Virus record (IMG/VR): IMGVR_UViG_3300045988_048025
DNA from: a virus
Taxonomy: Duplodnaviria; Heunggongvirae; Uroviricota; Caudoviricetes
Direction: 5' to 3' (one strand)
DNA: 44,090 nucleotides
Of this stretch, positions 34,888 through 43,497 are shown in pieces; the first letter of the stretch is position 1, and every line of letters begins with the position of its first letter. The translations under genes were made by a program, and so were the position numbers. The notes beneath the pieces were generated by a model. It was not told the origin of the DNA, did not search any database, and saw only the letters and a list, made by a program, of their open reading frames with translations.

Positions 34888-37172
34888 TCCAAATCCTCCT
34901 CTGTCACTATCAGCATCTCATTCGGTTCGTATATTGTCTTCGGAATCTTGTTATCAGTTATCCGGGTGTTCAGCCTGTAACGGCCAGGGATTATCTGATT
35001 GTTTTCGTCAGTCCCCGGAACAAGATACCCAGCCTCAACCATTTTCTTAATCTTCCCGCGTTCTATGGCTTCTTTGGAGTTAAACGCCTTTGCGTTGGGG
35101 TCTGACTGTGCGAGCTTATTAGCTGCTGCGACTGTGATGCCTTCGTTGCCGTTGTAGGTTCCTTCCGCCAGTTCAAACGCTGCCAGTATCGTGGCCTCCG
35201 AGCTGTTGACAGCGTTCTCTACGGTTTTACGTACGTTTTCTTTACCTTCTTTCGGCAGCCCTTCTTCCCGTTCTTTCTCCTCGTCAGTCTTGAACGGTTC
35301 GAAGCCCCACGGCATCAATACAAGCGCCTTGTGTGGCTCGGGCAGGTCGAGGTTTACGATTGTGCCGTACCCCTCGGTGCTGCCGAGGAACTCGACAGCG
35401 CGATACTCTTTCGGTGGCGGTGCTTCACGGAACTGTACTGACTCAAGTACCATGCCAACCGTTTTCTGTTGAGGGCCGTGCTTAAACTTAGAGTGGTATA
35501 CGTTTATCTGGCGGTCGGTTGCACGTTCGATTGTCAGTTCCACGTCGACACCCGCATACAGCGCCCCGCTGCCACGGGCTTTCTTTCCGCCCTTCGGTGT
35601 ATGGTGGACGACGCCCACCGCAGCTTTAGTCGCGTCACGTACTTCTTTCAGGATGGCGATAACCTTACCCATACCGATTGCCGTCGATGAACTGTTCTCG
35701 TCGAACTTATCAATCGTCAGAGCCAGTGTCTGGTTGAGAGTATCGAACGCAACCATGCCGATTGGCTCGTCGCCAGCAGTTTCACGCATTAACTTAATCA
35801 GGCTTTTCAGTTTTCCGACCTCGCCCATATCGATAACATGTACATAATCTTTACCTTCCCCGCCATACTTAGCCGCGAGCGCGTCGATACGGGTGCGAGT
35901 AGCCGCGCCACCCTCCCCGTCGATATAGAAATGGTGGCAACGCTGGGTGTCCGCCCCCGCAAACCGGTATCCGGCGGCGCTGAGGTACATCATCCCCAGC
36001 GTATAGAAGGATTTATACGTACCGGACTCCCCGACGATATCCCATATGCAATCAGACGGCATGTACCCCTCAACGACGAAATCAGCCTTTAACGGTTCCG
36101 GTAGCTCGTCCTCCCCTGAGTCCTCGTCCTCCCCTGAGTCCTCGTCATCATCTTCCAGGTCGTCGAGGCTGCATGAAACGGACTCCCGCGCGCCCCATCC
36201 GATAGCCTCTGCAACTTCACTGAACGGCAGCCCGGTAGCGTCGCACGCATACTTCCACACCTCCTTCGGTGACATGCCCTCGGTCGCCGTGATGTCAGTG
36301 TCATGAATCATGGTTACGTTCGGCGCTTCGTACCCTTCACGCGGGAAACACAGCAGGAAGTCGTCCGGGCGCGGCGTCGGGTCGCTGTAGTTTTCTGCGT
36401 GTTCCGGCGTAGCGGGCATCTTCAGGCCCCGCGGCGTCATGATGCCGCCGTACTCGAATGCCAGTGCTTCAAACGCATCTGTAAACGCGGTGCGCAGTTC
36501 TTCCGGTATCTGGTAATCCGATGCGCTGCTAACGTCAACGGCGGGGATGCCTTCCAGTAATTCGTCCGGGTCAATCAGGTCGTTGCGGCGCGACAAGATA
36601 ACCTGCGAGCCAACTGGTGGCAGGTACATCGGCTGGGACAGAGTAAACCCGCTGCGGTCCGCCCCCATGCCTTTGAAGAAGTGCTCTAGCAATCCATGAC
36701 GAACGCGGATGATGTCACCGCCTTCAACCGGGCGGGCAAGCGGCATGACGACCCGAAAGCGTGGGGACTCATCGGTATGTGACGCCGTGGTGTAAAGGCA
36801 CATAACCAGGCGGCTGCGCTTAACCAGGCGCACCGCTTCCTGATACTCTTCCGGTGTTGCACTGTCGAAGTCCAGATACGCCAGCGACGATTTGCTTACA
36901 GACGCATCGCAGCGATAGAAGAAGCCTTTACGCGCTTGCTTAAAGTCACCGGTTTCCGGGTCTTTTACGGTGCTGTGTGCCGAGTCGCACGCGGCAGTGA
37001 TATAGCCAGGTGCGGTCTTCGGGTTAATCCCGCCACGAACAGCATCAAGCGGCTTGATTAGCTCTTTCAGGTCGTCCAGTGTTGCCGTGTGGGTGGTTCT
37101 GACGTTTATATCCTTTTTCTCTGCACGCGCGTTGCGACGAGACCACGAGTAGGATAAAATTACATCGGACAT
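34884..37172 (-). CDS. DNA primase-helicase (AEP/PrimPol-like N-terminal domain plus RecA/DnaB-like P-loop ATPase)
   Basis: AEP-like AYLDFD and SHTDESPRFRVVMPL; P-loop VGESGTYKS; acidic linker with tandem repeat. Confidence 0.75.
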   Translation of the reverse strand: MSDVILSYSWSRRNARAEKKDINVRTTHTATLDDLKELIKPLDAVRGGINPKTAPGYITAACDSAHSTVKDPETGDFKQARKGFFYRCDASVSKSSLAYLDFDSATPEEYQEAVRLVKRSRLVMCLYTTASHTDESPRFRVVMPLARPVEGGDIIRVRHGLLEHFFKGMGADRSGFTLSQPMYLPPVGSQVILSRRNDLIDPDELLEGIPAVDVSSASDYQIPEELRTAFTDAFEALAFEYGGIMTPRGLKMPATPEHAENYSDPTPRPDDFLLCFPREGYEAPNVTMIHDTDITATEGMSPKEVWKYACDATGLPFSEVAEAIGWGARESVSCSLDDLEDDDEDSGEDEDSGEDELPEPLKADFVVEGYMPSDCIWDIVGESGTYKSFYTLGMMYLSAAGYRFAGADTQRCHHFYIDGEGGAATRTRIDALAAKYGGEGKDYVHVIDMGEVGKLKSLIKLMRETAGDEPIGMVAFDTLNQTLALTIDKFDENSSSTAIGMGKVIAILKEVRDATKAAVGVVHHTPKGGKKARGSGALYAGVDVELTIERATDRQINVYHSKFKHGPQQKTVGMVLESVQFREAPPPKEYRAVEFLGSTEGYGTIVNLDLPEPHKALVLMPWGFEPFKTDEEKEREEGLPKEGKENVRKTVENAVNSSEATILAAFELAEGTYNGNEGITVAAANKLAQSDPNAKAFNSKEAIERGKIKKMVEAGYLVPGTDENNQIIPGRYRLNTRITDNKIPKTIYEPNEMLIVTEEDLE
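36105..36146 (-). repeat. 18-bp tandem repeat (2.3 copies) in the primase-helicase acidic linker
   Basis: ctcgtcctcccctgagtc repeated; encodes DSGEDE repeats. Confidence 0.75.
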
Positions 37173-37230
37173 GTTGTATTTCCTTCAGCAAGTAATTTGG
37201 CCTCGGCGTTCACCGCGTCGGGGCTTTCTT

Positions 37231-37401
37231 TTATTTAACGTTCTCTTTAACCCACGATTCAACTTTATTACGGTCAAATGTACCCGGCATTCTGCGACCC
37301 ATTACTTTAACGCTGCAATCAGGAAACTTTCCACTCTTAATCCAGTTATTAATTGTCTGGCGGGTGACGCCGATTAATTCTGCAACTTCATTGATAGTCA
37401 T
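37231..37401 (-). CDS. Small HTH DNA-binding protein (AlpA/excisionase-like fold, putative regulator)
   Basis: ATG 37401 with RBS aggaga; MTINEVAELIGVTRQTINNWIKSGKFP. Track ORF extends to 37491. Confidence 0.5.
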   Translation of the reverse strand: MTINEVAELIGVTRQTINNWIKSGKFPDCSVKVMGRRMPGTFDRNKVESWVKENVK

Positions 37402-37506
37402 TTCACGCTCTCCTGTGTAACATGTATCGAAGTATAAGGCGGTAACTTTGTAAAAGCAACCAAAACCGAACACAAAGTTACTAAGATACAAAAGATGCTA
37501 CTGGTA

Positions 37507-37535
37507 TTGACTTTTACTTAAAAATATGCTAAGCT
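37507..37535 (+). promoter_or_regulatory. Sigma70-like promoter (-35 TTGACT, 17 bp, extended -10 TGcTAAGCT), paralogue of 6221..6249
   Basis: Near-identical to the promoter at 6221..6249. Confidence 0.5.
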
Positions 37536-37650
37536 TCACTGAGCTTGTGAGATATCGCAAGCGACCGCGGAGCGGCAGGGAACGCAACGCGTGCCATTAG
37601 GCACTTGAGTGTAGTTCCGCTGGCGCTTTCGGAAGGGCCAAAGTCTATTG
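37536..37650 (+). ncRNA. Candidate conserved structured RNA element / leader, copy B
   Basis: Largely identical to 6250..6362, with a compensatory change in one hairpin (gtgcc-atta-ggcac versus ggac-gtaa-gtcc). Confidence 0.35.
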
Positions 37651-37736
37651 TTAATCCCGCCTAAATACCCAAGCCACTGATAATTAAAAGTTTCTATAGT
37701 TGCCGTAAGCAAGGTAGAGAGTACTTCACTCCGCTG

Positions 37737-37756
37737 GGGTGGGCTAACGCCCACCC
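37737..37756 (+). terminator. GC-rich hairpin downstream of RNA element copy B (weak terminator-like)
   Basis: gggtgggc-taac-gcccaccc; T-run only 15 nt further on. Confidence 0.3.
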
Positions 37757-37815
37757 ACTGCGTTGCGTACTCTTTTAAGAAACGAAAGAATCACAACGGC
37801 ATCGTAACTATTCTC

Positions 37816-37844
37816 TTGCACACCCCAATATAATAGGACACTAT
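37816..37844 (+). promoter_or_regulatory. Sigma70-like promoter (-35 TTGCAC, 17 bp, -10 CACTAT) with operator-like motif
   Basis: TTGCAC-accccaatataatagga-CACTAT, 35 nt upstream of the first + strand early gene. Confidence 0.45.
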
Positions 37845-37878
37845 TCACTTATCGGAACGAGACAGAGGAGTTGGGGTT

Positions 37879-38148
37879 ATGTTTAAGAAGGGTCAGTTGG
37901 TGAAAACGAAACGCGGTGGGCAGTACGTAATAGTGTTGCAGGACGAGAACGAGTATGACGAGGATAATATAGTCGACGTATGGGGCCTGGTAAGAAAGAA
38001 ACCCGGGTTCGCCTTACGCGATAATCTGGAATTAATTGGCAACAATTTTAAATTCAAAGGGGTATTCGATGGCGGACTGAAAGCCTCATTCACAACGGCA
38101 TCGAATCATGATGCTCGTGCCGACGACTCTGAGGGAGGTTGCCGTTAA
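37879..38148 (+). CDS. Hypothetical early protein
   Basis: ORF with RBS gaggag. Confidence 0.4.
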   Translation: MFKKGQLVKTKRGGQYVIVLQDENEYDEDNIVDVWGLVRKKPGFALRDNLELIGNNFKFKGVFDGGLKASFTTASNHDARADDSEGGCR

Positions 38149-38339
38149 TGAGGATTCGAATAACTGATGTTGAACAAACATGCCCTGAGGAATACCAGGA
38201 CGTTAGCCTTGCGTACTTTGGCGTCTCTGTTGGAGATGAGTTCGACGTAGGGATTAGTTGCGAATATGGGTTTGTTGTAAATCATCGCGGCGAGAATTTG
38301 TTCGTCCGAAATTCTGAATGCGAAGTTCTGGAGGACTAA
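38139..38339 (+). CDS. Hypothetical early protein
   Basis: ORF overlapping the upstream stop. Confidence 0.4.
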   Translation: MPLMRIRITDVEQTCPEEYQDVSLAYFGVSVGDEFDVGISCEYGFVVNHRGENLFVRNSECEVLED

Positions 38340-38342
38340 GTT

Positions 38343-38510
38343 ATGAAAGAAGCATTCGAACGGTGGGCCGTTGTCGAGGGTCTGCCCGTTAACAAGGGTT
38401 CGAAGAAAGAGTACCTGAACGTCAAGACGCGTCTCGCGTGGCGGGCGTGGAAAGCTGGTGTGTTGTCTGTTGTGTTGTCTGTTGTGTTGTCTGTTGCGAA
38501 TCCGAGGTGA
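38343..38510 (+). CDS. Small protein (55 aa) with VLSV repeats encoded by a 12-bp tandem repeat
   Basis: ATG 38343 directly after the upstream stop; below the ORF-track size cutoff. Confidence 0.3.
   Translation: MKEAFERWAVVEGLPVNKGSKKEYLNVKTRLAWRAWKAGVLSVVLSVVLSVANPR
38460..38495 (+). repeat. 12-bp perfect tandem repeat, 3 copies
   Basis: gtgttgtctgtt x3. Confidence 0.9.
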
Positions 38511-38513
38511 GAT

Positions 38514-38708
38514 ATGGGTAAGTGGATTAAGTGTAGTGAGCGGATGCCTGATGACTTTGAAGATGTGCTGGTTTCAGATGGCGTGGATGTAGAAGTTAAA
38601 TGGCTTGATGGAAATTACTGCTGGGATAGTTTCACGGAGAACAATTCAAATATTCGTAGCTGCGACGTGGTGTACTGGATGCCGTTACCGCAGCCGCCAG
38701 AATTGTGA
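38514..38708 (+). CDS. DUF551-like phage protein
   Basis: WIKCSERMPDD...VLV...VVYWMPLPQPP matches the DUF551 pattern of a Trp/Pro-containing N-terminus and a C-terminal WMPLP motif. Confidence 0.5.
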   Translation: MGKWIKCSERMPDDFEDVLVSDGVDVEVKWLDGNYCWDSFTENNSNIRSCDVVYWMPLPQPPEL

Positions 38709-38749
38709 TGCTATATTGTAACAATAGTTTGAGATTTTACTGAGTGACT

Positions 38750-38786
38750 TACGCTGCTACACAGCAGCGTATCATTTTTCTCATTT
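38750..38786 (+). terminator. Rho-independent terminator
   Basis: Perfect 9-bp stem tacgctgct-acac-agcagcgta followed by tcatttttctcattttt. Confidence 0.65.
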
Positions 38787-38864
38787 TTGTTCTATTTCAC
38801 CAAACGCAACAATCGAAGCGACTATTGCAGGAGATGCAACAATACAAACACCAATAAAATTTAC

Positions 38865-38893
38865 TTGCACACTGGGGGAGAATAGGATACCAT
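38865..38893 (+). promoter_or_regulatory. Sigma70-like promoter (-35 TTGCAC, 17 bp, -10 TACCAT) with variant operator-like motif
   Basis: TTGCAC-actgggggagaatagga-TACCAT. Confidence 0.35.
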
Positions 38894-39063
38894 TCATTTA
38901 CACAAACGAGAGGAGAGGCAGAATATGGTTACTTTGATGATTATGGAGTTCGAAAACAGCGCTGCAACTTACCGCGAGATGACTATGGCGCAGGCGTACC
39001 ACCTGGCTAAACACGGCAACTTCTACAAGGCTCAAATCATTAATGAGTTTGGGGTAATTGACT

Positions 39064-39336
39064 ATGAATTTTAACAGCTACACCGTGACCGTTGATTTTG
39101 AGGGGCTGGAGTTGCCCCTCCCTAACAACTACCGGTACATAACGCGCGATAATAATGGGTTTATTCAGGGGTGGAGGAACAAACCGACGGACACTGAGTT
39201 CGGGATGTCAGGAGGAGAAGAGTTGCCGGTCACTTTCGGGCATCAGAGTAGCAATGGAGAACTTAAAACGGTGATTCGTAAGTATCGTCGCCGCGATAAC
39301 ACCGGGCTTATCGCAATAACAGGCGCTGTTGAATAA
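39064..39336 (+). CDS. Hypothetical protein
   Basis: ATG 39064 (track ORF from TTG 39058); a 49-codon ORF at 38925..39074 with a strong RBS precedes and overlaps it. Confidence 0.4.
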   Translation: MNFNSYTVTVDFEGLELPLPNNYRYITRDNNGFIQGWRNKPTDTEFGMSGGEELPVTFGHQSSNGELKTVIRKYRRRDNTGLIAITGAVE

Positions 39337-39355
39337 GCGAGAGGAGAGACAGAAG

Positions 39356-39868
39356 ATGAGTAACAAAAACGAAGTATTCGAGTGGCTGATTGACCAACTA
39401 CGGCAGCAGGTAAATAGCAACCCGTACAAGCAACAGTGCGAAGACCTGGCGCACGAGGTGTTGTCACTTAAGAATCAGTTACGCGACGCTTCGGCACAGA
39501 TTAAGGAGTTGCACCTGGCCTTGGTCAAAGCAACAGGTGATGCGGAGGCCTACAAACTTATACGCAAGGGTGGGTACATCGATGGTGGTAAGCGCTATGT
39601 AGTGGGTGAACATGTGCCTGGGACAACGGTAAATTGTCGGTGTACCTCGACGCCTGTACCGCCGGAACAATCTGGTTGCCGGAAAGAAGACGCGCAGGAA
39701 TGCCACCATAACTGGCGATTAGTTAACGGAAAGGCTCCCGCCGTATGTATTAATTGCGGTGTGACCAAAGCTGATGAGTGCAAGCACGCCAACACAGCGC
39801 AGTTACGTAAAGGCTTCGCGCCGGGGTTTACTAAAAAATGTCTGGATTGCGGGGCTAAACTTAAATGA
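39356..39868 (+). CDS. Cys-rich (putative zinc-ribbon) protein
   Basis: ATG 39356 with RBS gagaggagaga; C-terminal CRC...CINC...CLDC pairs. Confidence 0.45.
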   Translation: MSNKNEVFEWLIDQLRQQVNSNPYKQQCEDLAHEVLSLKNQLRDASAQIKELHLALVKATGDAEAYKLIRKGGYIDGGKRYVVGEHVPGTTVNCRCTSTPVPPEQSGCRKEDAQECHHNWRLVNGKAPAVCINCGVTKADECKHANTAQLRKGFAPGFTKKCLDCGAKLK

Positions 39869-40068
39869 CCAGCATCTTATTTATATGGGTATTGTCCGCG
39901 GGCCAGATGCAACTGGCGGCATCAGAAACGTTTTACTCGATGGAGGCGTGCCAGTCAGCGGCACGCGCCGCAGAAAATGCGCACTTCCTGTTTCAGGGGG
40001 ACAAACCCAACGATTCAGAGGTACGCGCTATCTGCTCCCCTAAGCGACTTGGTAAACAGGAGAAGTGA
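39865..40068 (+). CDS. Small protein with N-terminal hydrophobic segment
   Basis: MTSILFIWVLSAGQMQLAA. Confidence 0.35.
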   Translation: MTSILFIWVLSAGQMQLAASETFYSMEACQSAARAAENAHFLFQGDKPNDSEVRAICSPKRLGKQEK

Positions 40069-40268
40069 TTATGGCACAGAGATACGATTTAAAAGAAGAC
40101 TGGGTTACTGGGTGTATTGACTTAGAGAAAGACGCAGACGGTGACTGGGTTGGCCACAGAGACTATGCGAAACTTGAAGCAAAGTTACGTGAATTCGCCG
40201 AACAGGTAATTAACGAACCTTGTTCGAAAGTTACAGAAGAAATGGCCCGCGAGATTCTCGGAATATGA
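40065..40268 (+). CDS. Hypothetical protein
   Basis: ORF overlapping neighbours. Confidence 0.4.
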   Translation: MIMAQRYDLKEDWVTGCIDLEKDADGDWVGHRDYAKLEAKLREFAEQVINEPCSKVTEEMAREILGI

Positions 40269-40558
40269 GCCTTGCAACTGACATCCTGAAACGAAGCGGC
40301 CTTGCGCCGCTTTCACCGAGAGCGAACACCAGAATACACAAGCGACGCCGTAACGCGCTGCACCCGGAGATTCAAGCCAGACGCAAAGCAGTCCGCGCCT
40401 GCGGATTCCAGAACGGGAAGGCCGTGAATCTCGGTGAGTTTAAAACAAAGGAACGTGCAGCAATCGCTAATCGGTTATTTAATTACTGGAAATCGCTGGG
40501 GTACGATGATATTCCGACGAAACCGCAGAGACGACAATACATCTGGAGACACAAATAA
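40265..40558 (+). CDS. Basic hypothetical protein
   Basis: ATG 40265 overlapping the upstream stop (ATGA). Confidence 0.4.
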   Translation: MSLATDILKRSGLAPLSPRANTRIHKRRRNALHPEIQARRKAVRACGFQNGKAVNLGEFKTKERAAIANRLFNYWKSLGYDDIPTKPQRRQYIWRHK

Positions 40559-40633
40559 ACAACTATTAGGATAATTCCTACCCGTGGTATCCTCCAGTTA
40601 CTGCATACTTAATACGCACCTGGAGGATTCATC

Positions 40634-40942
40634 TTGGATAAATTTACTGAAACAGTGACGGGGTGGCTTCTCGCCGCCGCACTGGTCGGTGGATTGGTCG
40701 GACTAAGACAACATAAAAAGTCTATATCCGGGCCGATTGACGGACTGGTATTTCTTCTAACCGGCTTTGCGTGTGCCATTTTCGGTGCGCCTCTTGCCGC
40801 TCAATGGTTCGGTATTACCGGTGAGCGCGAGATAGCTGGCCTCGGATTCATCATTGCCATTCTCTGGATGCCTATCTATTCCCGCCTTTCTGGCATCGTA
40901 TCGGGTGGCGATATTTCCCGCCCGGGAGGACCTCATGACTGA
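40634..40942 (+). CDS. Holin (putative, multi-TM)
   Basis: TTG start with RBS ggagga; three hydrophobic segments; immediately upstream of the endolysin. Confidence 0.5.
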   Translation: MDKFTETVTGWLLAAALVGGLVGLRQHKKSISGPIDGLVFLLTGFACAIFGAPLAAQWFGITGEREIAGLGFIIAILWMPIYSRLSGIVSGGDISRPGGPHD

Positions 40943-41207
40943 GCTATTCTGGTTTGTCGTAATGCTGGCAATGGGCGCTTCGTCCCTGTTCAACGTGTAT
41001 AATGAGCACGTGGACGACGGGTTATTCGGGCGTGTGCTCTATATCCTGACTGCGATTGTCTGCGCCGCCGGATGTATCCACCTGTTACAGGGCAGCGTGT
41101 CACCAACGTTGCCTGAGACGTTAATCACATTAGTCGCGCTGCGTCAGATTCGTCAGGCGTGGCTGTCGTACGGAGGACATAAGCGTGTCTCGAAACATTT
41201 CAGATAA
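40935..41207 (+). CDS. Second small membrane protein of the lysis cassette (holin/antiholin-like)
   Basis: ATG 40935 with RBS gggagga; two hydrophobic segments; overlaps the endolysin start. Confidence 0.4.
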   Translation: MTELFWFVVMLAMGASSLFNVYNEHVDDGLFGRVLYILTAIVCAAGCIHLLQGSVSPTLPETLITLVALRQIRQAWLSYGGHKRVSKHFR

Positions 41208-41670
41208 TGGATTGCATTTCACCGCCGCGTTCGAGGGATTCCGTGGTACTGCGTATCGTGCTACGCCGAACGAGAAGTATCTGACTATTGGTTATGGTCA
41301 CTACGGGCCGGACGTAACACCAGGTAAGACCATCACGCCGGGGCAAGGCATCCTGTTACTGAATCGTGATATGGCTAAGGCCGTGGCTGCGGTTGATGCC
41401 GCAGCACACCATTCACTGGCACAGGCGCAGTTCGATGCAGTGTGCGACCTGGTATATAACGCGGGTGCTGGCGTGATTGCAGCTACTACTGGCACAGGTA
41501 AGGCACTGCGATCTGGTGATGTTGCGATACTTCGCGCCAAGCTAACGCTGTTCATCAACCAGAACGGCAAACCATTACTCGGCCTGCGCCGCCGTACAGC
41601 AGGTCGTCTGGCGCTGTTCGACGGTAAACCGTGGCAGGAGGCTGAGGCTATCGGGAGGGCTGTTAAATGA
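41185..41670 (+). CDS. Endolysin, lysozyme (GH24-like)
   Basis: FEGFRGTAYRATPNEKYLTIGYGH fits the phage lysozyme catalytic region; GTG start with RBS ggagga. Confidence 0.7.
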   Translation: MSRNISDNGLHFTAAFEGFRGTAYRATPNEKYLTIGYGHYGPDVTPGKTITPGQGILLLNRDMAKAVAAVDAAAHHSLAQAQFDAVCDLVYNAGAGVIAATTGTGKALRSGDVAILRAKLTLFINQNGKPLLGLRRRTAGRLALFDGKPWQEAEAIGRAVK

Positions 41671-41836
41671 TGGACGAATACGAAGGCGTTTAGTATTCTG
41701 GTTAGGCCAAGTTTTTCGTATTTGCTAACGGCAACAGAAGATTAAACAACATTGAGGGCATTCCGGGTATCATCACCCTCGCGGACCTGTAACAAGGTCG
41801 GGCCAAAGTGCGATAACGCGTGCCGGAGAATCTCTG

Positions 41837-41865
41837 TTGACACCTAAGACTAATCCGACGATACT
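41837..41865 (+). promoter_or_regulatory. Promoter-like element (-35 TTGACA, 17 bp, -10 GATACT) inside a 350-bp non-coding region
   Basis: TTGACA 41837..41842, GATACT 41860..41865. Confidence 0.35.
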
Positions 41866-41904
41866 TAAATCACCTCCTGTTCCATCCCTCTGCTCTCCAG
41901 TTTT

Positions 41905-41936
41905 ATCCCGGCCCTGACCCAGCTGGGATTTTTTTT
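41905..41936 (+). terminator. T8 tract preceded by a GC-rich imperfect palindrome (terminator-like)
   Basis: atccc...cccagctggg followed by TTTTTTTT. Confidence 0.35.
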
Positions 41937-41958
41937 ATCTATTTTCTGCAATGACTAG

Positions 41959-41987
41959 TTGACTATTACCCTCGACCCTATTATATT
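41959..41987 (+). promoter_or_regulatory. Sigma70-like promoter (-35 TTGACT, 17 bp, -10 TATATT)
   Basis: Near-consensus hexamers 35 nt upstream of the next gene cluster. Confidence 0.5.
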
Positions 41988-42021
41988 TACTCCATCGACA
42001 ACGAGAACGGAGTAGAGAGAA

Positions 42022-42171
42022 ATGAAAATCACAGATATCGAAGCATTCAAAGACGCACAACTGATGGCACGCATCGCCGTTGGTAACCTGAGCAACAGCA
42101 TTCCGGCGGACGCGTTCTGGTTCGCCGCGATGCAGACACTGAAAGCAGCTTATGCAGGAGATGAGAAATGA
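42022..42171 (+). CDS. Small hypothetical protein (49 aa)
   Basis: RBS ggagtagagag then ATG; below the track size cutoff; stop overlaps the next start. Confidence 0.3.
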   Translation: MKITDIEAFKDAQLMARIAVGNLSNSIPADAFWFAAMQTLKAAYAGDEK

Positions 42172-42323
42172 CAGTTTATATTGTTACTGGTTGGCGATGT
42201 CTGCGTGATACAGAAATTATTAACGTGTTTGCAAATGAAGAGAAGGCCAAAAAAGCTGCGGAGTTAGTGCGAACCGCTGGCTACTACGATGTTGTTGAAA
42301 TTAATAATTACGAGGTTAAGTGA
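42168..42323 (+). CDS. Small hypothetical protein (51 aa)
   Basis: ATGA overlap with the upstream ORF. Confidence 0.3.
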   Translation: MTVYIVTGWRCLRDTEIINVFANEEKAKKAAELVRTAGYYDVVEINNYEVK

Positions 42324-42481
42324 TGAGCGAACAAGGTCAAGTAAGCCAACCATTACGGGTTGGCCGTAAAGTCAGTCACACCCCGTTCCCGACACGTGAG
42401 GAACTGATGAAACGTAACAGTTTCCCGGGGCCGGACAAGAACAAGTATCTCAATCGCATGTGGGGAGAGTGTAAAGAATGA
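42323..42481 (+). CDS. Small hypothetical protein (52 aa)
   Basis: Start overlaps the upstream stop (TGATG). Confidence 0.3.
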   Translation: MSEQGQVSQPLRVGRKVSHTPFPTREELMKRNSFPGPDKNKYLNRMWGECKE

Positions 42482-42669
42482 GACGTAAACCGTTACCAAA
42501 AGTTGGCGATAGCTGGTTAACCCCTGAGTGGAGAAGGCTGAAAATAACAGCAGTTGTCCGTGAAAGACACTCAATGCCACAGTTAGATGTTAAGGCTGTT
42601 TGGTGTCTGAATTTTAACGATGGTACTTGCGAGTACGTTGACGAGGACGAGTTTTATGACCGACCGTGA
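42478..42669 (+). CDS. Hypothetical protein
   Basis: ORF overlapping the upstream stop. Confidence 0.4.
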   Translation: MRRKPLPKVGDSWLTPEWRRLKITAVVRERHSMPQLDVKAVWCLNFNDGTCEYVDEDEFYDRP

Positions 42670-42829
42670 GTATGAAAAAGCATGCGTCGAATCCGCGACT
42701 GGTGAATCTGAAATAGTGTGGATTGACGCCCACATCGAACACCACTTACGGCAGGTAGATAATCTTATGGAACGCCGCCGTGAACTGATTAACCGCTTCA
42801 ACCTGAACAAAGGTGACGCCAATGCCTAA
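42656..42829 (+). CDS. Hypothetical protein
   Basis: ATG 42656 (track ORF from 42620). Confidence 0.4.
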   Translation: MTDREYEKACVESATGESEIVWIDAHIEHHLRQVDNLMERRRELINRFNLNKGDANA

Positions 42830-43070
42830 AATCACAATCACATCACTTGAGCGCCGTATTCTGGTACTCGAGTCAGAGAAACAGACGTTAGGCGGACAAC
42901 TGTCAATTAACGGTGAGTACCAGTTAGCCGCATTTAAGGTTCTTCTCATGTTGTTGAGAGGAGAAGAGGAAAAGATGAACGCCTGCGAGCATGATTACCG
43001 CCTGCATTTAGTTGATGGGGTACATCGAGCCACATGCTTAAAATGTGGTAAAGCGTATGAAGTCGCCTAA
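42822..43070 (+). CDS. Hypothetical protein with C-terminal Cys/His pairs
   Basis: ATG 42822; CEHD...CLKCGK. Confidence 0.4.
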   Translation: MPKITITSLERRILVLESEKQTLGGQLSINGEYQLAAFKVLLMLLRGEEEKMNACEHDYRLHLVDGVHRATCLKCGKAYEVA

Positions 43071-43239
43071 ACCAGTAGTAATTGATGGTGTCCTGTGGAA
43101 GCCCTACTCGGTTAACCACATCGACGCCGACGGGAAGAAGTTTAGCTTCTACATTTTTGCAATTAGCCGTGAGCACGCCGCCTGTGTGGTCGACGATATA
43201 CGAGAAACAGCGTGGCTTGGTGATGAGATAGTGGGGTGA
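43057..43239 (+). CDS. Hypothetical protein
   Basis: ATG 43057 (track ORF from GTG 43045). Confidence 0.4.
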   Translation: MKSPKPVVIDGVLWKPYSVNHIDADGKKFSFYIFAISREHAACVVDDIRETAWLGDEIVG

Positions 43240-43326
43240 GAGTATGAGTCTTGAGGTGGTTATAGGTCTGGTCGGTCTTAGTTACTTCATTGGGCTGTTG
43301 GTTGGATTTCTGTGGGGTAGATACTA

Positions 43327-43497
43327 ATGTTCAGTGACATTAACGCAGCAATCGAGGAAGCAATCTGGCGTCGCTACAACGGCGAACAGCAACGGCACTT
43401 CTGCCTGGTGCAACACGGAAACATGATTGCCGTAGTGCAGGACCGCGATAACAAATATCCGAATGCGATGTGGACAACGAGGAATTTTTTAGGATGA
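43327..43497 (+). CDS. Small hypothetical protein (56 aa)
   Basis: ATG 43327; stop overlaps the next start. Confidence 0.3.
   Translation: MFSDINAAIEEAIWRRYNGEQQRHFCLVQHGNMIAVVQDRDNKYPNAMWTTRNFLG

Noticed and set aside
38460-38495. CRISPR array
   Set aside because: The only direct repeats are short in-frame tandem repeats (12 to 30 bp) without spacers.
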